Origin: a virus
DNA: 64,000 nucleotides
Direction: 5' to 3' (one strand)
Virus record (IMG/VR): IMGVR_UViG_3300028364_000018
Span: 58,488 to 122,487 of that record
Shown piece by piece: positions 35,224 through 46,600 of this stretch (its first letter is position 1; each line of letters opens with the position of its first letter). The position numbers and the translations under genes were made by a program. The notes beneath the pieces are model-generated. The model had not been told where the DNA came from, ran no database searches, and saw only the letters and a list, made by a program, of their open reading frames with translations.

Positions 35224-37641
35224 ATGAGTCACCACGCTAAATCTATCTCAAACGAAGCCACGCAACTTGGCCAAGAACAAGCCGTGTCCCTAGTTTGGGG
35301 TTCTATCTACTCAGGGGTAATCGGGGACTACGACCGGGATAGCGAGACTTATATGGTGGATGTCGACGGGCAACCGTTGTCCTGCACCTACGCAGCCCCC
35401 ACGTTCTGCAGGCTGATCGGTATCCAGTACAAGCAGATACTTCCGGCAGGTACACAGGTGCGGGTAGTCTACGACACACGCCCGTTTATTATAGGAGCAC
35501 TCCCCTCGAACCCAGCAGACCCCGGCAAGCAATCAGCCAACAGTAGTGGTTCAGAAGCCGAACCCAGTTTTACACACCATAGCGGGCACCGGGGTCTGCA
35601 TGGTGAGCAACCTGACCAGGACCAGCTCGAAGGCGAGTTGGACATGACCAACATCATGCAGAGTGGTATCAAGCTACTGACCTTTATGGCCCGGTTACAA
35701 TCGGGGGAGCGGGCGGTCGTCGAAACCTGTGTGCTGAATGATATGGTGCGTATAGTCAGCGACTGCTTCCGCCACCACAGCGCGTTTGGAGATCAACTGA
35801 TATACAACGATGGACGTCTTAACAACGTGGAACACGGGACATCCTACGACCACGAGGCTTGGGGAGTCCTACCGGAAGAGGGCGAGGCCCTTAAGAAGCT
35901 GGATATGGTGGATGGTAAAGTTGACTTAGAGAGTGTGGCAGAGACCGGGCGGTGGCGCTACAGCCGCTTTATAGGCTTCCTGGGTGACATGGTCCACATG
36001 ATGGTCAGTGACCCGACGGAAACCCTCGGGCAATTAGCTGAGTCTGCGCTGCGTGCAGGTAAGGCGCGTGTACAGATCATGAACGATGGTACACTCCTAG
36101 CCCAATCGGTATCTGAAATATGCTTGGAGCGGGTAAGTCGGGTTATCGTCCCGGTTCAGCTCAAGACAGACGATGACCCAGACGGGGTGTTGTCCTCCGA
36201 ATTCGAGCAACTGGAGCAGAAGTTTCTGAAGATCTGGGAGGGGCTTACTGAGGATGCAGAAGGTCCGGATCTGGCTAACATGGCATATCAACTACGGAGC
36301 TACGCTAGGTGGATGAATAGCTATCACAGCCTGGCGCGATTCCTGCAGATGGGTAAAGATTGGAAAGTACCATCGGAGTCTGCGAGTCCAGACCCGAGCT
36401 GGACCAACGCCGAGAAAGATGTTGAACGCCAAAACGAAGGACGCCAAACGTCGTACGACACCTATGCTTGCTTCCGTATCATGCGGGATGGGTCGATCGT
36501 GATATGGGCGGGGGATGGGAGTAGCATGGTGATGGCCGACCGCGATATCCAACTGCACGCCGCGAGACATCTTGACCTGTTTGGGGCCGGGGATGTCCGT
36601 ATTCGGGCCGGTCGCGATCTACACCTGGAGGCCCGGCGCCACACGAACCTGATGTCGGTTGTGGGAGGTCTGCGCCTCAAAAGTCGAACATATTGGGACG
36701 CCCTCTGTGAGCAGGGAAGTCTTTGGATCAAATCCGATGCCGACCCAGATGTGGACCCCCCTGAAGTGCCGGAGGGTGACCCCGAGCCTGTTGTACGCAA
36801 GCACGCGATCATTCTGGACTCCACTAAAGGCAGGGTGTTGGTTAACGGGCAGAAGCAGCTGATGCTCAACACCGAGAGCGCACCCGGCGAGGAGGAGGAA
36901 ACAGACTTCGGTATCACGATTCAATCTGGGCGCGCAGGGCTACGCCTTCGGTCTGGGGACAAGCTGTCATTGATTGGGCGTACGGTGGAGACCCTGGCGT
37001 CTAGTATATACAGCAAGTGCACTACATGGCTTGCTGAGGCTGCCAGCGAGTTTACAGTATTGAATCGTTTTTCACACCAAGGGGGTACGCTTAAGGTGGA
37101 TCTGTTACGTGCACAGTACCTAGACGCCGCGGACGGGTTGATGGGACCCGAGGCTTCCGAGGGTATGAAGCGTCGCGGTATTATGGTTAGAACGACACCC
37201 ACGACCCAGGACGATACTGATGTGGACGCCTACCCCTTCAAAGATCGAGAAGAGTTGGATGATCTGGAATTATCCGAATCGCTAAAAGTAGAAGAGGCTT
37301 TTGAGAAAGATGAGAAGTGGGATTACCTACCCGAGGACTATGCAGAGCGGGTTAACAACCGGGAGACCATCACAGAGCAGTATCTACAACAAGATTTACC
37401 AGACTCATTAGGAGACGACTACGCCAGCGGCAACTGGGGCCCGAACGACACCAAACTCAAGTCCTCAACTCGGACAGGAGCTGGAACTCCGTATAATAAC
37501 TCGACATCGGAGTCTAAGCAGTATAGAGGTGGAGAAGACCTGCGAAAACCCGGTACCACCAACCCCGCGGATCAGGCGGTAAAGGCATCGACCTACGACC
37601 CCAAACCCAGTTTATGGAAGTATCTGAAAAACATAACATAA
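35224..37641 (+). CDS. Baseplate spike/VgrG-like protein (putative)
   Basis: N-terminal OB-like region, beta-helix-like repeats (..DIQLHAARHLDL..DVRIRAGRDLHLEA..), tail module position. Confidence 0.55.
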   Translation: MSHHAKSISNEATQLGQEQAVSLVWGSIYSGVIGDYDRDSETYMVDVDGQPLSCTYAAPTFCRLIGIQYKQILPAGTQVRVVYDTRPFIIGALPSNPADPGKQSANSSGSEAEPSFTHHSGHRGLHGEQPDQDQLEGELDMTNIMQSGIKLLTFMARLQSGERAVVETCVLNDMVRIVSDCFRHHSAFGDQLIYNDGRLNNVEHGTSYDHEAWGVLPEEGEALKKLDMVDGKVDLESVAETGRWRYSRFIGFLGDMVHMMVSDPTETLGQLAESALRAGKARVQIMNDGTLLAQSVSEICLERVSRVIVPVQLKTDDDPDGVLSSEFEQLEQKFLKIWEGLTEDAEGPDLANMAYQLRSYARWMNSYHSLARFLQMGKDWKVPSESASPDPSWTNAEKDVERQNEGRQTSYDTYACFRIMRDGSIVIWAGDGSSMVMADRDIQLHAARHLDLFGAGDVRIRAGRDLHLEARRHTNLMSVVGGLRLKSRTYWDALCEQGSLWIKSDADPDVDPPEVPEGDPEPVVRKHAIILDSTKGRVLVNGQKQLMLNTESAPGEEEETDFGITIQSGRAGLRLRSGDKLSLIGRTVETLASSIYSKCTTWLAEAASEFTVLNRFSHQGGTLKVDLLRAQYLDAADGLMGPEASEGMKRRGIMVRTTPTTQDDTDVDAYPFKDREELDDLELSESLKVEEAFEKDEKWDYLPEDYAERVNNRETITEQYLQQDLPDSLGDDYASGNWGPNDTKLKSSTRTGAGTPYNNSTSESKQYRGGEDLRKPGTTNPADQAVKASTYDPKPSLWKYLKNIT

Positions 37642-37651
37642 GGATGAGAAT

Positions 37652-38344
37652 ATGAATGAAGACCCAAACAATGTGAGTGCAGAGGAAGTCCAGGATTTCC
37701 TGCGGAGTGCAGAGAAAACTACCCCGGTGGAGTTGGACATAGACCCAGAGCAAATCGGTGTGATTTCCCAACCCGAGGAAGTACCGCCCTTTGACTCCCC
37801 TCTACGCCCAGAATTAGATCCGGATGTACAGAGTGAGGCCACCGAAACCCTGTGGACATTACAGGCTAGTCCCGACCTACGGGTGGAGGTTGAGGAGTTG
37901 GAGAAAAACCTATTCTGGAAAGCCGCTCTTAACGACACTCCGGTTATTCTGCCAACCTACGTTAGGAACGTACAGGTTACGTGTAGAACCCTATCTCAGT
38001 TCGAGATGGATGTGATGTTCTCAGCCTTGGACAACGACTCCACTAAACGTGTGGTGCTAACCGAGGGACAGTTCGCTTCTCAGATGCAGGATTACAGCCT
38101 GTTCTGTCAGGTTCAGCAGGTGGGAGACCAACCCTTTAAGTACGCTTTTGAAGCAACTAAGTACGATTCACTGGCAGATGCGGCGCAGGCCTTGCGTCTC
38201 CACCACACCCAAGCTAGTCGCACATTCAACCAAGCTCTTAGAAGTTGTTTGATACACGCCCTACGTGTGTTCAGTATCAAGATCAAACTCTGCACCGACA
38301 ACCTGCATAATGAAAATTTTTGGACACCCCCGGAAGAAGACTGA
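37652..38344 (+). CDS. Tail assembly chaperone (G-like)
   Basis: Two genes upstream of the tape measure; ends just after a slippery heptamer. Confidence 0.65.
   Translation: MNEDPNNVSAEEVQDFLRSAEKTTPVELDIDPEQIGVISQPEEVPPFDSPLRPELDPDVQSEATETLWTLQASPDLRVEVEELEKNLFWKAALNDTPVILPTYVRNVQVTCRTLSQFEMDVMFSALDNDSTKRVVLTEGQFASQMQDYSLFCQVQQVGDQPFKYAFEATKYDSLADAAQALRLHHTQASRTFNQALRSCLIHALRVFSIKIKLCTDNLHNENFWTPPEED
38314..38320 (+). other. -1 programmed ribosomal frameshift site (A AAT TTT)
   Basis: X XXY YYZ heptamer in the reading frame of 37652..38344; the -1 frame opens at exactly this point and runs to 38679. Confidence 0.7.
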
Positions 38345-38679
38345 TGCTCCTGGCTCACCTCCGGGGGCTACTAAAACCAGATTATAAGCATGGACTTGTC
38401 AGCCGAGGCGCTGAGAAGATGATCCTACGCGCCCTCGCAGCTGAGTTGCAGGCAGAGGCTCTAAATGCAGGGGCTCAAGCAGATGCGAGCATACTGCCCA
38501 TTATATCAAAGGATGCTAGGGTGGAGTCTTACGAGAATATGAGCGGAAGGTTGCGCAAGAGCGATAGGTTGCGACGCTTGTTGTTCCGTGAGAACATGGT
38601 CGATAAACAGAAGAGCGCGATTGACTCTATGGTCGATTTGTTCTACGCTCTGGAGAAGGCCCAACTCATAAGATCCTGA
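38320..38679 (+). CDS. Tail assembly chaperone (T-like, frameshift extension; own ATG at 38344)
   Basis: -1 frame relative to the upstream ORF; precedes the tape measure. Confidence 0.65.
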   Translation: MDTPGRRLMLLAHLRGLLKPDYKHGLVSRGAEKMILRALAAELQAEALNAGAQADASILPIISKDARVESYENMSGRLRKSDRLRRLLFRENMVDKQKSAIDSMVDLFYALEKAQLIRS

Positions 38680-41099
38680 TGTCATACAACTATAACCAAA
38701 ACTTCCAGACAGACTACGCGCAACCATTTGGCGGGTTCAACCCCAGCCAGATGGAGTATATCCTGCGTCAATCCCGGATGCAGGACCAAGCGGCGTTCCA
38801 ACAGCAGTTACTACGGTCTGACCCCCGGGCACAGTTCGCGGCCGCCATGTGGGAAAACAACATGGGGGCGTTGGGTAATCAGGGACGTAACACCGCAAGG
38901 TTGATAGCCGGCTCCGCCATTAACTCCAGACAGTTGAGTCCGTTATTCGGGGGAAGTCGGGTTGACATGTACTCAGGCATCGCAACCGGGTTGGGTAACG
39001 CCGGTCTGATGGGCATGCGTATGGTGGGGGATGGTCCGACTCGAACGGAGTCGTTCCATGGACCCGGATCTCTCACATCCTTAACCGCCCGTTCGATGTT
39101 GGGCGTTATGGAGAGTAACATGTACAACCCTCTGGGCGGAGCACGGACGCACCGTACTGGTGGTCTTGATCGTTCGGAACTCGGGGCGGTTGCCGGACAC
39201 ATGCTGTCCAACGGGATGTACGGGGAGGTTGGGAACGTCGGTACGATCCATAAATACAAGACGCGCGCAGAGGCTAAAGCAGCCCGAACAAAATTCAAAG
39301 GTTCGGGTGATACCGACTCGGTGCGTCAGATCGATGCGATGTTGCAGGAGCATACAGGTAAAGACGGGGAGGCTCTTGATTTTGAAATGCCCCAACGCCT
39401 GATGACCATCGACGATGGTATGAAGGAGAAATTTAGGGCTGCGACAGAGCAGGGTGCGAAGGTCGTCGGGCAGATTAAGGATATCCTGGGCGACATCGGC
39501 TCCTCAGCCTTAATCGCTCAGCTAGAGAGTCTAACGGGTGGTGCGGGTGGAGCACAGAGTCTGCGTATGGCCGAACAACGTCTGCAGAAGGTGGGGGCCA
39601 TGGCGGCTGCCGGAGGGGGTAGTCAACAAGCGTACTTGGCGGAGCACGGTCGGGTAGCTGGCTTGTACCAGTCAATGGGTATGTCCTCCTTCTCTGCCGC
39701 GGCTGCCAGTATGGATACGATGGGTGCTATGAGCTCCAAACGGCTTCTTAACCAGAAGTATGTGCAGACCATGGCGGATCAAGGTGTTTACGTGGAGGAC
39801 CGCTCGGAAGATGCGATTACCGAGAGCGTGATGAACGTCGCGGCCATGCATGATGAGAATCCGGAATTGGCGACAATGCTATATGCGGCTCAAACCTCTT
39901 CCAAATTGACTGGAGAACAACGCGCGGCGCTGGAGAAGAAGATTCAGGGCGCGACTAATGCCGGAGCAGGTCTGACGGGCGCAGAACGCCGTCAGGCGGT
40001 CGGAAAAGCTATGGCAGGGGCCGCCTCCGAGGTAGAGCGCCAGACAGGACGCTCCTTGCGCGATTGGAACGATCGGGCTGGTGGAGATGCTCTAGGTCAG
40101 CTCCAACCAGGCGGGGCGTCCATCATGTTCAATATGAGCCAGAAGGAGATGGGTAATCGCTCCTGGGATCTACTCAGTAAGGACCTATACAATGAAATGG
40201 GTGCCAATGTTTCAAAGACCGGTGTAGCTGTAGCGAAGAAGTACAGTAAAGCCACTATAGCCAAACACGCTGCTACAGGGGAAGATTGGGAGGGTATGAC
40301 TTCCGCGCAACTCACGTATCTGGCTGATACTCTGAATGGTAAGGACTACTCTGAATTGGTCTCTGAAGAGGGGCAGACCGAGGCGTTAAAGAAGGAGATA
40401 GAGGAGCGCCATGGTGCGATGACCCTGGGAGACACTCCACGAGGTCAGAATTCTATAATAGAGGGTATACTTGGTGGGGAGACTATATCAGACGCAATGG
40501 TCGGGGAGTCCCTGCGCAATAAAAATAACCGGGGTAAAACACAAGAGACGATGGGTTGGGATGACAAGAAGCGTAAGGCATTCATTGATAAGCACGAGGC
40601 AGGTGGCGGAGCCGTGCTTATGGACAAGGATGGCAATTATGTGGTGTACAACGCGGAGGAGATGGAAGCCGGGCGCAAGGGGTTGGAGCGTGAGTCTTCC
40701 GCAGCAATACAGAAGAAGTTGCTTGGGTCCGAGCATGTGTTTGATGAGACGCTCAGTCCCGAAGCTCTAGGCACGAAATTTAAGGCGCGGACAACAGAAG
40801 TATTTGCGCTGGAAGGAGAGGCTCGTGTAACAGCATTGAATGAGATGACTGAAGGCATTAAAGCGGGTGACGTAGACCCCGGAGTCTTTTTAGCCCAACT
40901 TGAGACAGAGATAGCAACAGGGCAGGAGGCCGCAGATAAGATAAAGCCCAAAAAGGCTGTTGAGAAGAAAACGCAACAGGACTACGTAGATAAGCTGAAA
41001 GGACTCCGAGATGAACTACAAACCACCCAACCTTTCGATCCGCAAACGTGGGCTGTTAAGATCTTCGCTGTACTCGACTCAATCATGAACAAACTATAA
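38679..41099 (+). CDS. Tape measure protein
   Basis: 806 aa, Ala/Gly/Met-rich helical; follows the chaperone pair. Confidence 0.75.
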   Translation: MSYNYNQNFQTDYAQPFGGFNPSQMEYILRQSRMQDQAAFQQQLLRSDPRAQFAAAMWENNMGALGNQGRNTARLIAGSAINSRQLSPLFGGSRVDMYSGIATGLGNAGLMGMRMVGDGPTRTESFHGPGSLTSLTARSMLGVMESNMYNPLGGARTHRTGGLDRSELGAVAGHMLSNGMYGEVGNVGTIHKYKTRAEAKAARTKFKGSGDTDSVRQIDAMLQEHTGKDGEALDFEMPQRLMTIDDGMKEKFRAATEQGAKVVGQIKDILGDIGSSALIAQLESLTGGAGGAQSLRMAEQRLQKVGAMAAAGGGSQQAYLAEHGRVAGLYQSMGMSSFSAAAASMDTMGAMSSKRLLNQKYVQTMADQGVYVEDRSEDAITESVMNVAAMHDENPELATMLYAAQTSSKLTGEQRAALEKKIQGATNAGAGLTGAERRQAVGKAMAGAASEVERQTGRSLRDWNDRAGGDALGQLQPGGASIMFNMSQKEMGNRSWDLLSKDLYNEMGANVSKTGVAVAKKYSKATIAKHAATGEDWEGMTSAQLTYLADTLNGKDYSELVSEEGQTEALKKEIEERHGAMTLGDTPRGQNSIIEGILGGETISDAMVGESLRNKNNRGKTQETMGWDDKKRKAFIDKHEAGGGAVLMDKDGNYVVYNAEEMEAGRKGLERESSAAIQKKLLGSEHVFDETLSPEALGTKFKARTTEVFALEGEARVTALNEMTEGIKAGDVDPGVFLAQLETEIATGQEAADKIKPKKAVEKKTQQDYVDKLKGLRDELQTTQPFDPQTWAVKIFAVLDSIMNKL

Positions 41100-41100
41100 A

Positions 41101-41550
41101 ATGAGCTGTAACTTCATATTCCCCCAACGTGGTTTCGTCCATGTAGCCTCATCATACCAAGCAGGTCTCTACCAAGTAGAGGGCATCCAATTACCACGCG
41201 TGCTCATCACAGGCATGCCATTAGAAGACTCTGATATCATCCTCCGTCAGCAAACCATTAACGGTAATCGTATCCTGTACTCCATGGGTCCGGCCTTCGG
41301 CGAAATCGCTATTACCGGGGAACTGCTTCTCGGTCCTGCTGGAGAATCCAAAGGCGAGATCCTTGACGCCCTCATACGTTGGTTTGAGGCTAACCGTGTG
41401 AGTGCTAAAAAAGGTCCGATCAGTATCAGCGCAGGTCAAACCGGTTATAAGTTTTTTATGTACAGACTGGCCTTGGGCCAGGCCGATCCCGAATTCAATA
41501 CACAAACCTTCATACTCCAAGGCGCCTTAGCCAAACCAGCTTCCAAATGA
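41101..41550 (+). CDS. Tube-like baseplate/tail initiator protein (putative)
   Basis: Beta-rich 149 aa after the tape measure. Confidence 0.45.
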   Translation: MSCNFIFPQRGFVHVASSYQAGLYQVEGIQLPRVLITGMPLEDSDIILRQQTINGNRILYSMGPAFGEIAITGELLLGPAGESKGEILDALIRWFEANRVSAKKGPISISAGQTGYKFFMYRLALGQADPEFNTQTFILQGALAKPASK

Positions 41551-42221
41551 ACAAGTTTCTTATACGACTATTAAACGCCAGCACCCTAGACGCCCGCCCA
41601 CTACCAGGCGCTATGTACATCCCACCCTCTAAACCAGAGGAACAGCGGGTGCGGCAGGCATTGGGGTTGGACAACCCCTCGCTTATTAATGCTCTGATAC
41701 TTGCTCGCCTTGTGGATGCCTTCCCTTCTTTTAAGGGCTTGGTTGAGGAGCGGAGCAGATCCTACGACTACTGGCTGGAGGACTTACCCATGTGGGAGTC
41801 TGAGGCGTTGGTCGGGCGACTTCTGGGCACACACCGCGGACCATCCCACCCAAACGAACTACACTTCGAGGTACTGGCCGACAACAAAGTTCGGGTGAAG
41901 TCCGGGAAGTTCGTCGCGGAGCTGGACTACACCCATGATGGGACGTACCTAGAGGCGTTGTGGCCCGACTGGTCGGGTCTTGCTGGTGTTGCGGAACTAG
42001 CGGATGTCGATGGCTCCGAACTACTTATCCCATACAACCCGGTGCGGGTCAATTGGGTAGACTTCATCACACCCCTCCAGAAAGAGTCTGGCCTTTCTGA
42101 GGTACTGAACAAGACCGGGATGTACCGCTCTTTTCATCAGGGTCACTCGGATGCGGAGCGGGTGGCGGCAGCTGTCACAGCCCTTGCTTTGTATAACAAT
42201 GATGTAGCTTGGGTAGACTAA
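41547..42221 (+). CDS. Hypothetical baseplate-region protein
   Basis: Coupled ORF in the tail module. Confidence 0.55.
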   Translation: MNKFLIRLLNASTLDARPLPGAMYIPPSKPEEQRVRQALGLDNPSLINALILARLVDAFPSFKGLVEERSRSYDYWLEDLPMWESEALVGRLLGTHRGPSHPNELHFEVLADNKVRVKSGKFVAELDYTHDGTYLEALWPDWSGLAGVAELADVDGSELLIPYNPVRVNWVDFITPLQKESGLSEVLNKTGMYRSFHQGHSDAERVAAAVTALALYNNDVAWVD

Positions 42222-43666
42222 TGGGTGCCCCAACCCTAACATTACGGAGTCCACGTATCATACGCTGTATGATAGCTGGTTTCGATAAAAAGCCTGAGGT
42301 CAGTAGTATTACGATCTCTGCGTCCAGAGGTCAGGTGCCCCGATGTGACATTGAGTTACAGCCTGCAGTGGATATTGCTACGGGGCTGATCAATACCGAG
42401 CAGGCGCTACAGACGTTTCAGCGGGTTGCGTCTAACGGAGGTGCGTACCTGGAGAGCCGTGATCTCTCGGCGGGTCCAGACGTAGACATCGAAATAGGAG
42501 AGCCCGGACACACTATTAAATTCCGAGGTTACGTGTCTGATGTGGGTACCAGCATAGGTTTGGGTGATGCAGGTTATAATATCAGCGCCAGTGGTTCTGA
42601 CCGGATACTAGACCTGCTCGACGTGTCGGTCTATACTGTTAAAGAGTTGCACCGGGTCCTATCCGTATTTGGGGATTTAGAGGTGACGAGTTTGAAGCAG
42701 ATCCTGGCTAGTAGTACCGAGTTTTTTAGATCCAATAACATCACGGTCCCGGGTCTGGAATTGAGCGACTACGATGTGCTCCTTGCGAAGCAGTCGTTGG
42801 CGACCAATGATCTACCCTGGGTCTTCTGGGATACACTACTTGCCAAGACCGATGCACCTTTCTGGGATGAGCTCCTGAGTAAGAACTATACCTTCAGGTA
42901 CCCCTCAGCGCAATGTCTGGCGGAGTACATCCTCCAGCAGATGCTACGTCACGGCAAGTCCTCTGCGTTTGCCCTCCTTCAGAGTCTTGGGCGAGCCTTT
43001 AAGATGGAGTATATCCCTAATCTAGCGGGTCCGGGTCACCTGGTGGAGTCCGGACAACTCATAAGCGGTGATCCTCAAGAGATGGTTATTGATTCGGACC
43101 AACTTACCACATCCTCCGGCTCTAACAACCTGGCTCGCATCAACCGTGTTATCTGCAAGGTTAACATGCAGTTCGAAAGACGCACGAAAGCCTCTGGTGT
43201 GGACGAGACTGTGGTAGAGGCACATGCCGTTGGAGGTTACCCCACAACTGCACCGACCTACGCCGGGACTGTGCAGGAGATAGCTCCCCCACCATGGTTT
43301 GCTATACCCAAGTTGATGCCCGCGACTCTAGAATTCGATAAGGCATTCAACATCGCGTCTGTGGCTAAGAAGGTGGGCGAAGATGACGAACAGCATAAGA
43401 GCGCTACGGAATCCGCACGGGCATTTCTGGATTGGTGGTGTGAACAGACCTACCTGTGGTTAAAGGGTTTTAATAACTCAGCATCTCTCACTGGCTTACC
43501 CCTAGACTCATCCTACGAGGTGGGTAACCGTTTACGTTTGACATCCCCCGACGGAGTCGTATTATGTACGGGTTTGGTAGAGAACATTACACACCATCTG
43601 TCCGTTCGGGACAACAACGCTGTTGCCAACACCTCAGCCCGACTAAGTCACGTTACATATGAATAG
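42221..43666 (+). CDS. Baseplate hub protein (putative)
   Basis: ATG 42221 (TAATG); C-terminal SYEVGNRLRL..TGLVENITHHL..TSARLSHV is typical of hub proteins. Confidence 0.6.
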   Translation: MGAPTLTLRSPRIIRCMIAGFDKKPEVSSITISASRGQVPRCDIELQPAVDIATGLINTEQALQTFQRVASNGGAYLESRDLSAGPDVDIEIGEPGHTIKFRGYVSDVGTSIGLGDAGYNISASGSDRILDLLDVSVYTVKELHRVLSVFGDLEVTSLKQILASSTEFFRSNNITVPGLELSDYDVLLAKQSLATNDLPWVFWDTLLAKTDAPFWDELLSKNYTFRYPSAQCLAEYILQQMLRHGKSSAFALLQSLGRAFKMEYIPNLAGPGHLVESGQLISGDPQEMVIDSDQLTTSSGSNNLARINRVICKVNMQFERRTKASGVDETVVEAHAVGGYPTTAPTYAGTVQEIAPPPWFAIPKLMPATLEFDKAFNIASVAKKVGEDDEQHKSATESARAFLDWWCEQTYLWLKGFNNSASLTGLPLDSSYEVGNRLRLTSPDGVVLCTGLVENITHHLSVRDNNAVANTSARLSHVTYE

Positions 43667-46600
43667 AACAGATAAATGCGAACCGAAGGTACTCACACCG
43701 CGGGCTTTGATATTCAAGGCCAGGCCTGATCGTGCGAACTACCGCGGTAATCATTGTGACGGCTACGCTCTTGCTATAGATGAGCTACGGTTCACCCCCT
43801 CCGAACTACTGATAGCTCCCGAAGGTGCAACCGACGTACCCCCGCTGTTGGTCCTGACCAACACCATCTTCAACCTGACTTGTGCGGAAGTCGGGGAAGG
43901 TCCAGAGGGAAGTTCTGTCACCATCGAGGCTGGCGCGCTCCAAACGCTGTTTGATTGGCGGACTATACCCGGGATAAAGGCCGACCGCCTGGCCTACCTC
44001 TCCCGACAATCTGCCGATCACGACCTGGAGAGTACGGTTCTAGGTTGGATGGAAGATACGGAGCTAGACGAGGCGGAGACCGTGGAGTTGATCCGCGGGT
44101 ATAAGCTCCTGCAGGCTCAAGCTCAATATGTTTACGATTTCCTTAGACAGGCGTTGGATGCTCTTCAAAGCGCTGCGGAGGCTGCTGCCCGAGCCCTTAT
44201 CTACTGTTTCTGGTACAATGTGGAGCAAATAGCTAGATGTAGCGATCTGTACACCGACTCCCCCCTTCCTGTCCCTCAAGCGTTCACGGTCGTTGCCGGC
44301 GATTTTCAATCCACAGACGGGCAAGAGGAGGCTAACGCCCTAGCCGTGGCCTACGCACAGTCTCAGCTAGAGTGTGTGTGGGAAAACGTCGAACAGACTG
44401 CTACGTGTGTAGAAGACCTGGATTTCCCGGATGCGGTACCTGGTACGGCTACTACAACGGACACCGGGACTACGTTGGATCCGGTAGACACAGCGCAGGC
44501 GGGCACGTCCGTAGTGGCTGCGGGAGTCGTTACCTCTTCCGCGGGAGCCGCGGCTGCCGACGCAGAGGCACGGGCCCTGGCTATATCCCTGCTAGACTGC
44601 TTTTATGTCAATGCCGCGGTTTCTAAAGATTGTAATACGCTGTATAACAGTGGTGAGGGCCATACAGCAGCCACTGCTCTCGTTAATCTGGGAGCGGCTA
44701 ACCCTGCTATAGGCAAGAAAGGATCCTCAGTAACACTCGGTGCTGGGGACATAATCTCCAGGACAAGTCAGGTTGATGCAGATGAGATGGCAGAGGTAAC
44801 GGCCTTAGCCCTTTTAGATTGCTACTGGGAGAATGACGAGGAGGTTGCTACTTGCGATCCAGAGGTGTTCAGTATCGGTGGAGTCGATTATACAGTGGGC
44901 GCCGATCAGGCAGCGTCTGAGGCTGCGGGGGGTCTGGGGGCCTACCAAGCTACGGTGGTTGCAGGTACCTTTATCAGCATCGCACCAGGTGGAAGTAAGG
45001 AACAAGCGCAGGATCAAGCCGAACTATTTGCCACTAGTCAGCTGTTCTGTATGTACTGCAATCAGGCTGTTGCCGCCACCTGTATAACACCATACCCCGC
45101 CATAGCACCTCCCGACCCTCTGTACTCTTTAGATAAGACCAGGTCCATCTCAGCAGGGGTGTTCTGCAGTACGAGCGCTTCAGCAGCGCAAACACAGGCC
45201 GAAACCCTAGCCGCTATACCTGTCCGGAGTTTAACAGCTTTGGATGACGAGCTCTGCCGATATGGTAACAGACGGGTAGTGGCGCGTTGTATATCCGCCC
45301 CAGAAGAAGGCATCTCTGGTAAATGGGATGTGGGGGACCGGGATGACTTAGACGCCTTGTCTGACCAGAGTTTAAATGCCGAGGTGATTATATCAGAAAA
45401 CACAATGATTCTGGCAGATGGGGATCAGCCAGAGGAGTCAGAAGATGATGTACAGACCTACGTTGACAACCTAGCGCGACAGATAGCGATATCACAACTA
45501 GATTGTTTCTGGGAGAACGAGTATTCACTAGCATCGTGCCCTGATGTCACACCAGAGGAAGTGACGGTATCTTCTTCGATTTCGGCGTCAGCTATTGCGG
45601 TTGCTACATTACCAAGCTACGCCTATAACATATCAGATATAGTACTGGAAGGCGGAGTTTACTCTAGAACTTATTGGACCCCTTATGGTGGTCTGGGGCC
45701 TGGAGCAGTAGGTGTCGCCCAAGTCCCTGCTGGAATGTTTAGTTCTTACTTGAGTTTTGAAGAGGCTCAAGCCCTCGCCTCTACGCTTGCACAGGTTGAA
45801 TTAAACTGCGTATGGTCAAATTGTCCAGTTTGTTATTCAGCGGATCTACGTCCGGCTGTAGAAGCCGACCCCGAAGCAGACCCCCCTATAGCAGCTGAAG
45901 ACGCTGTTACGTGCGAAAGTCTGCACGGGGCCTGTTTTTCGGGGCCAGTAGGGGATACATCATGCGACGATGCTGGTGGTGTATTCCTAAGGATTCCTGT
46001 ACCCGAGGGTATGACTACATCTAATGTGAGTCAAGCTGATGCTAATATGCAGGCAGTAAACTTAGCAGCATCTTTGATGGTTTGTCAGGATGACACGGGG
46101 AGCCTCACCCAGCGCCCTACCCCGGTGCATGATTTCCCGTTTCTGCTCTCCATCACCAGAAAAACTACTATAGGAGGATGCCCTACAATCGTCGAATCCT
46201 TTAATCTGAATCTCTCAAATATAGGAGTAAATGGTACGGGCGCCTCCACCCTAGACACGATCCTGGCCCTGGATGCGGGTACGCACACTGTGCGTGTGGA
46301 TTGGAAATTCGCACCGTTTGCTGGTAGCTGCTTTACGGATGAAGTTTTCGATAGCGCTCTACACGGTTTCGAGGGAGAGGCTCTTGTGGGCCTCAACATA
46401 AGGGTTAACGGAATAGCACCGGCTGGCTACAGTGATAGCGTAGATGTTTATACCGTCACCACTATAGATGATGGGGGAGACAGGGTGGTGGAGTCGTCTG
46501 AAAGGCTGGGGATGTCCCTGGATATGAAACCCCCACCAACACTGATGACTGATTTCCGCATTTACAGAAAATACATGACGTTGATTGAATTTACTTATGA

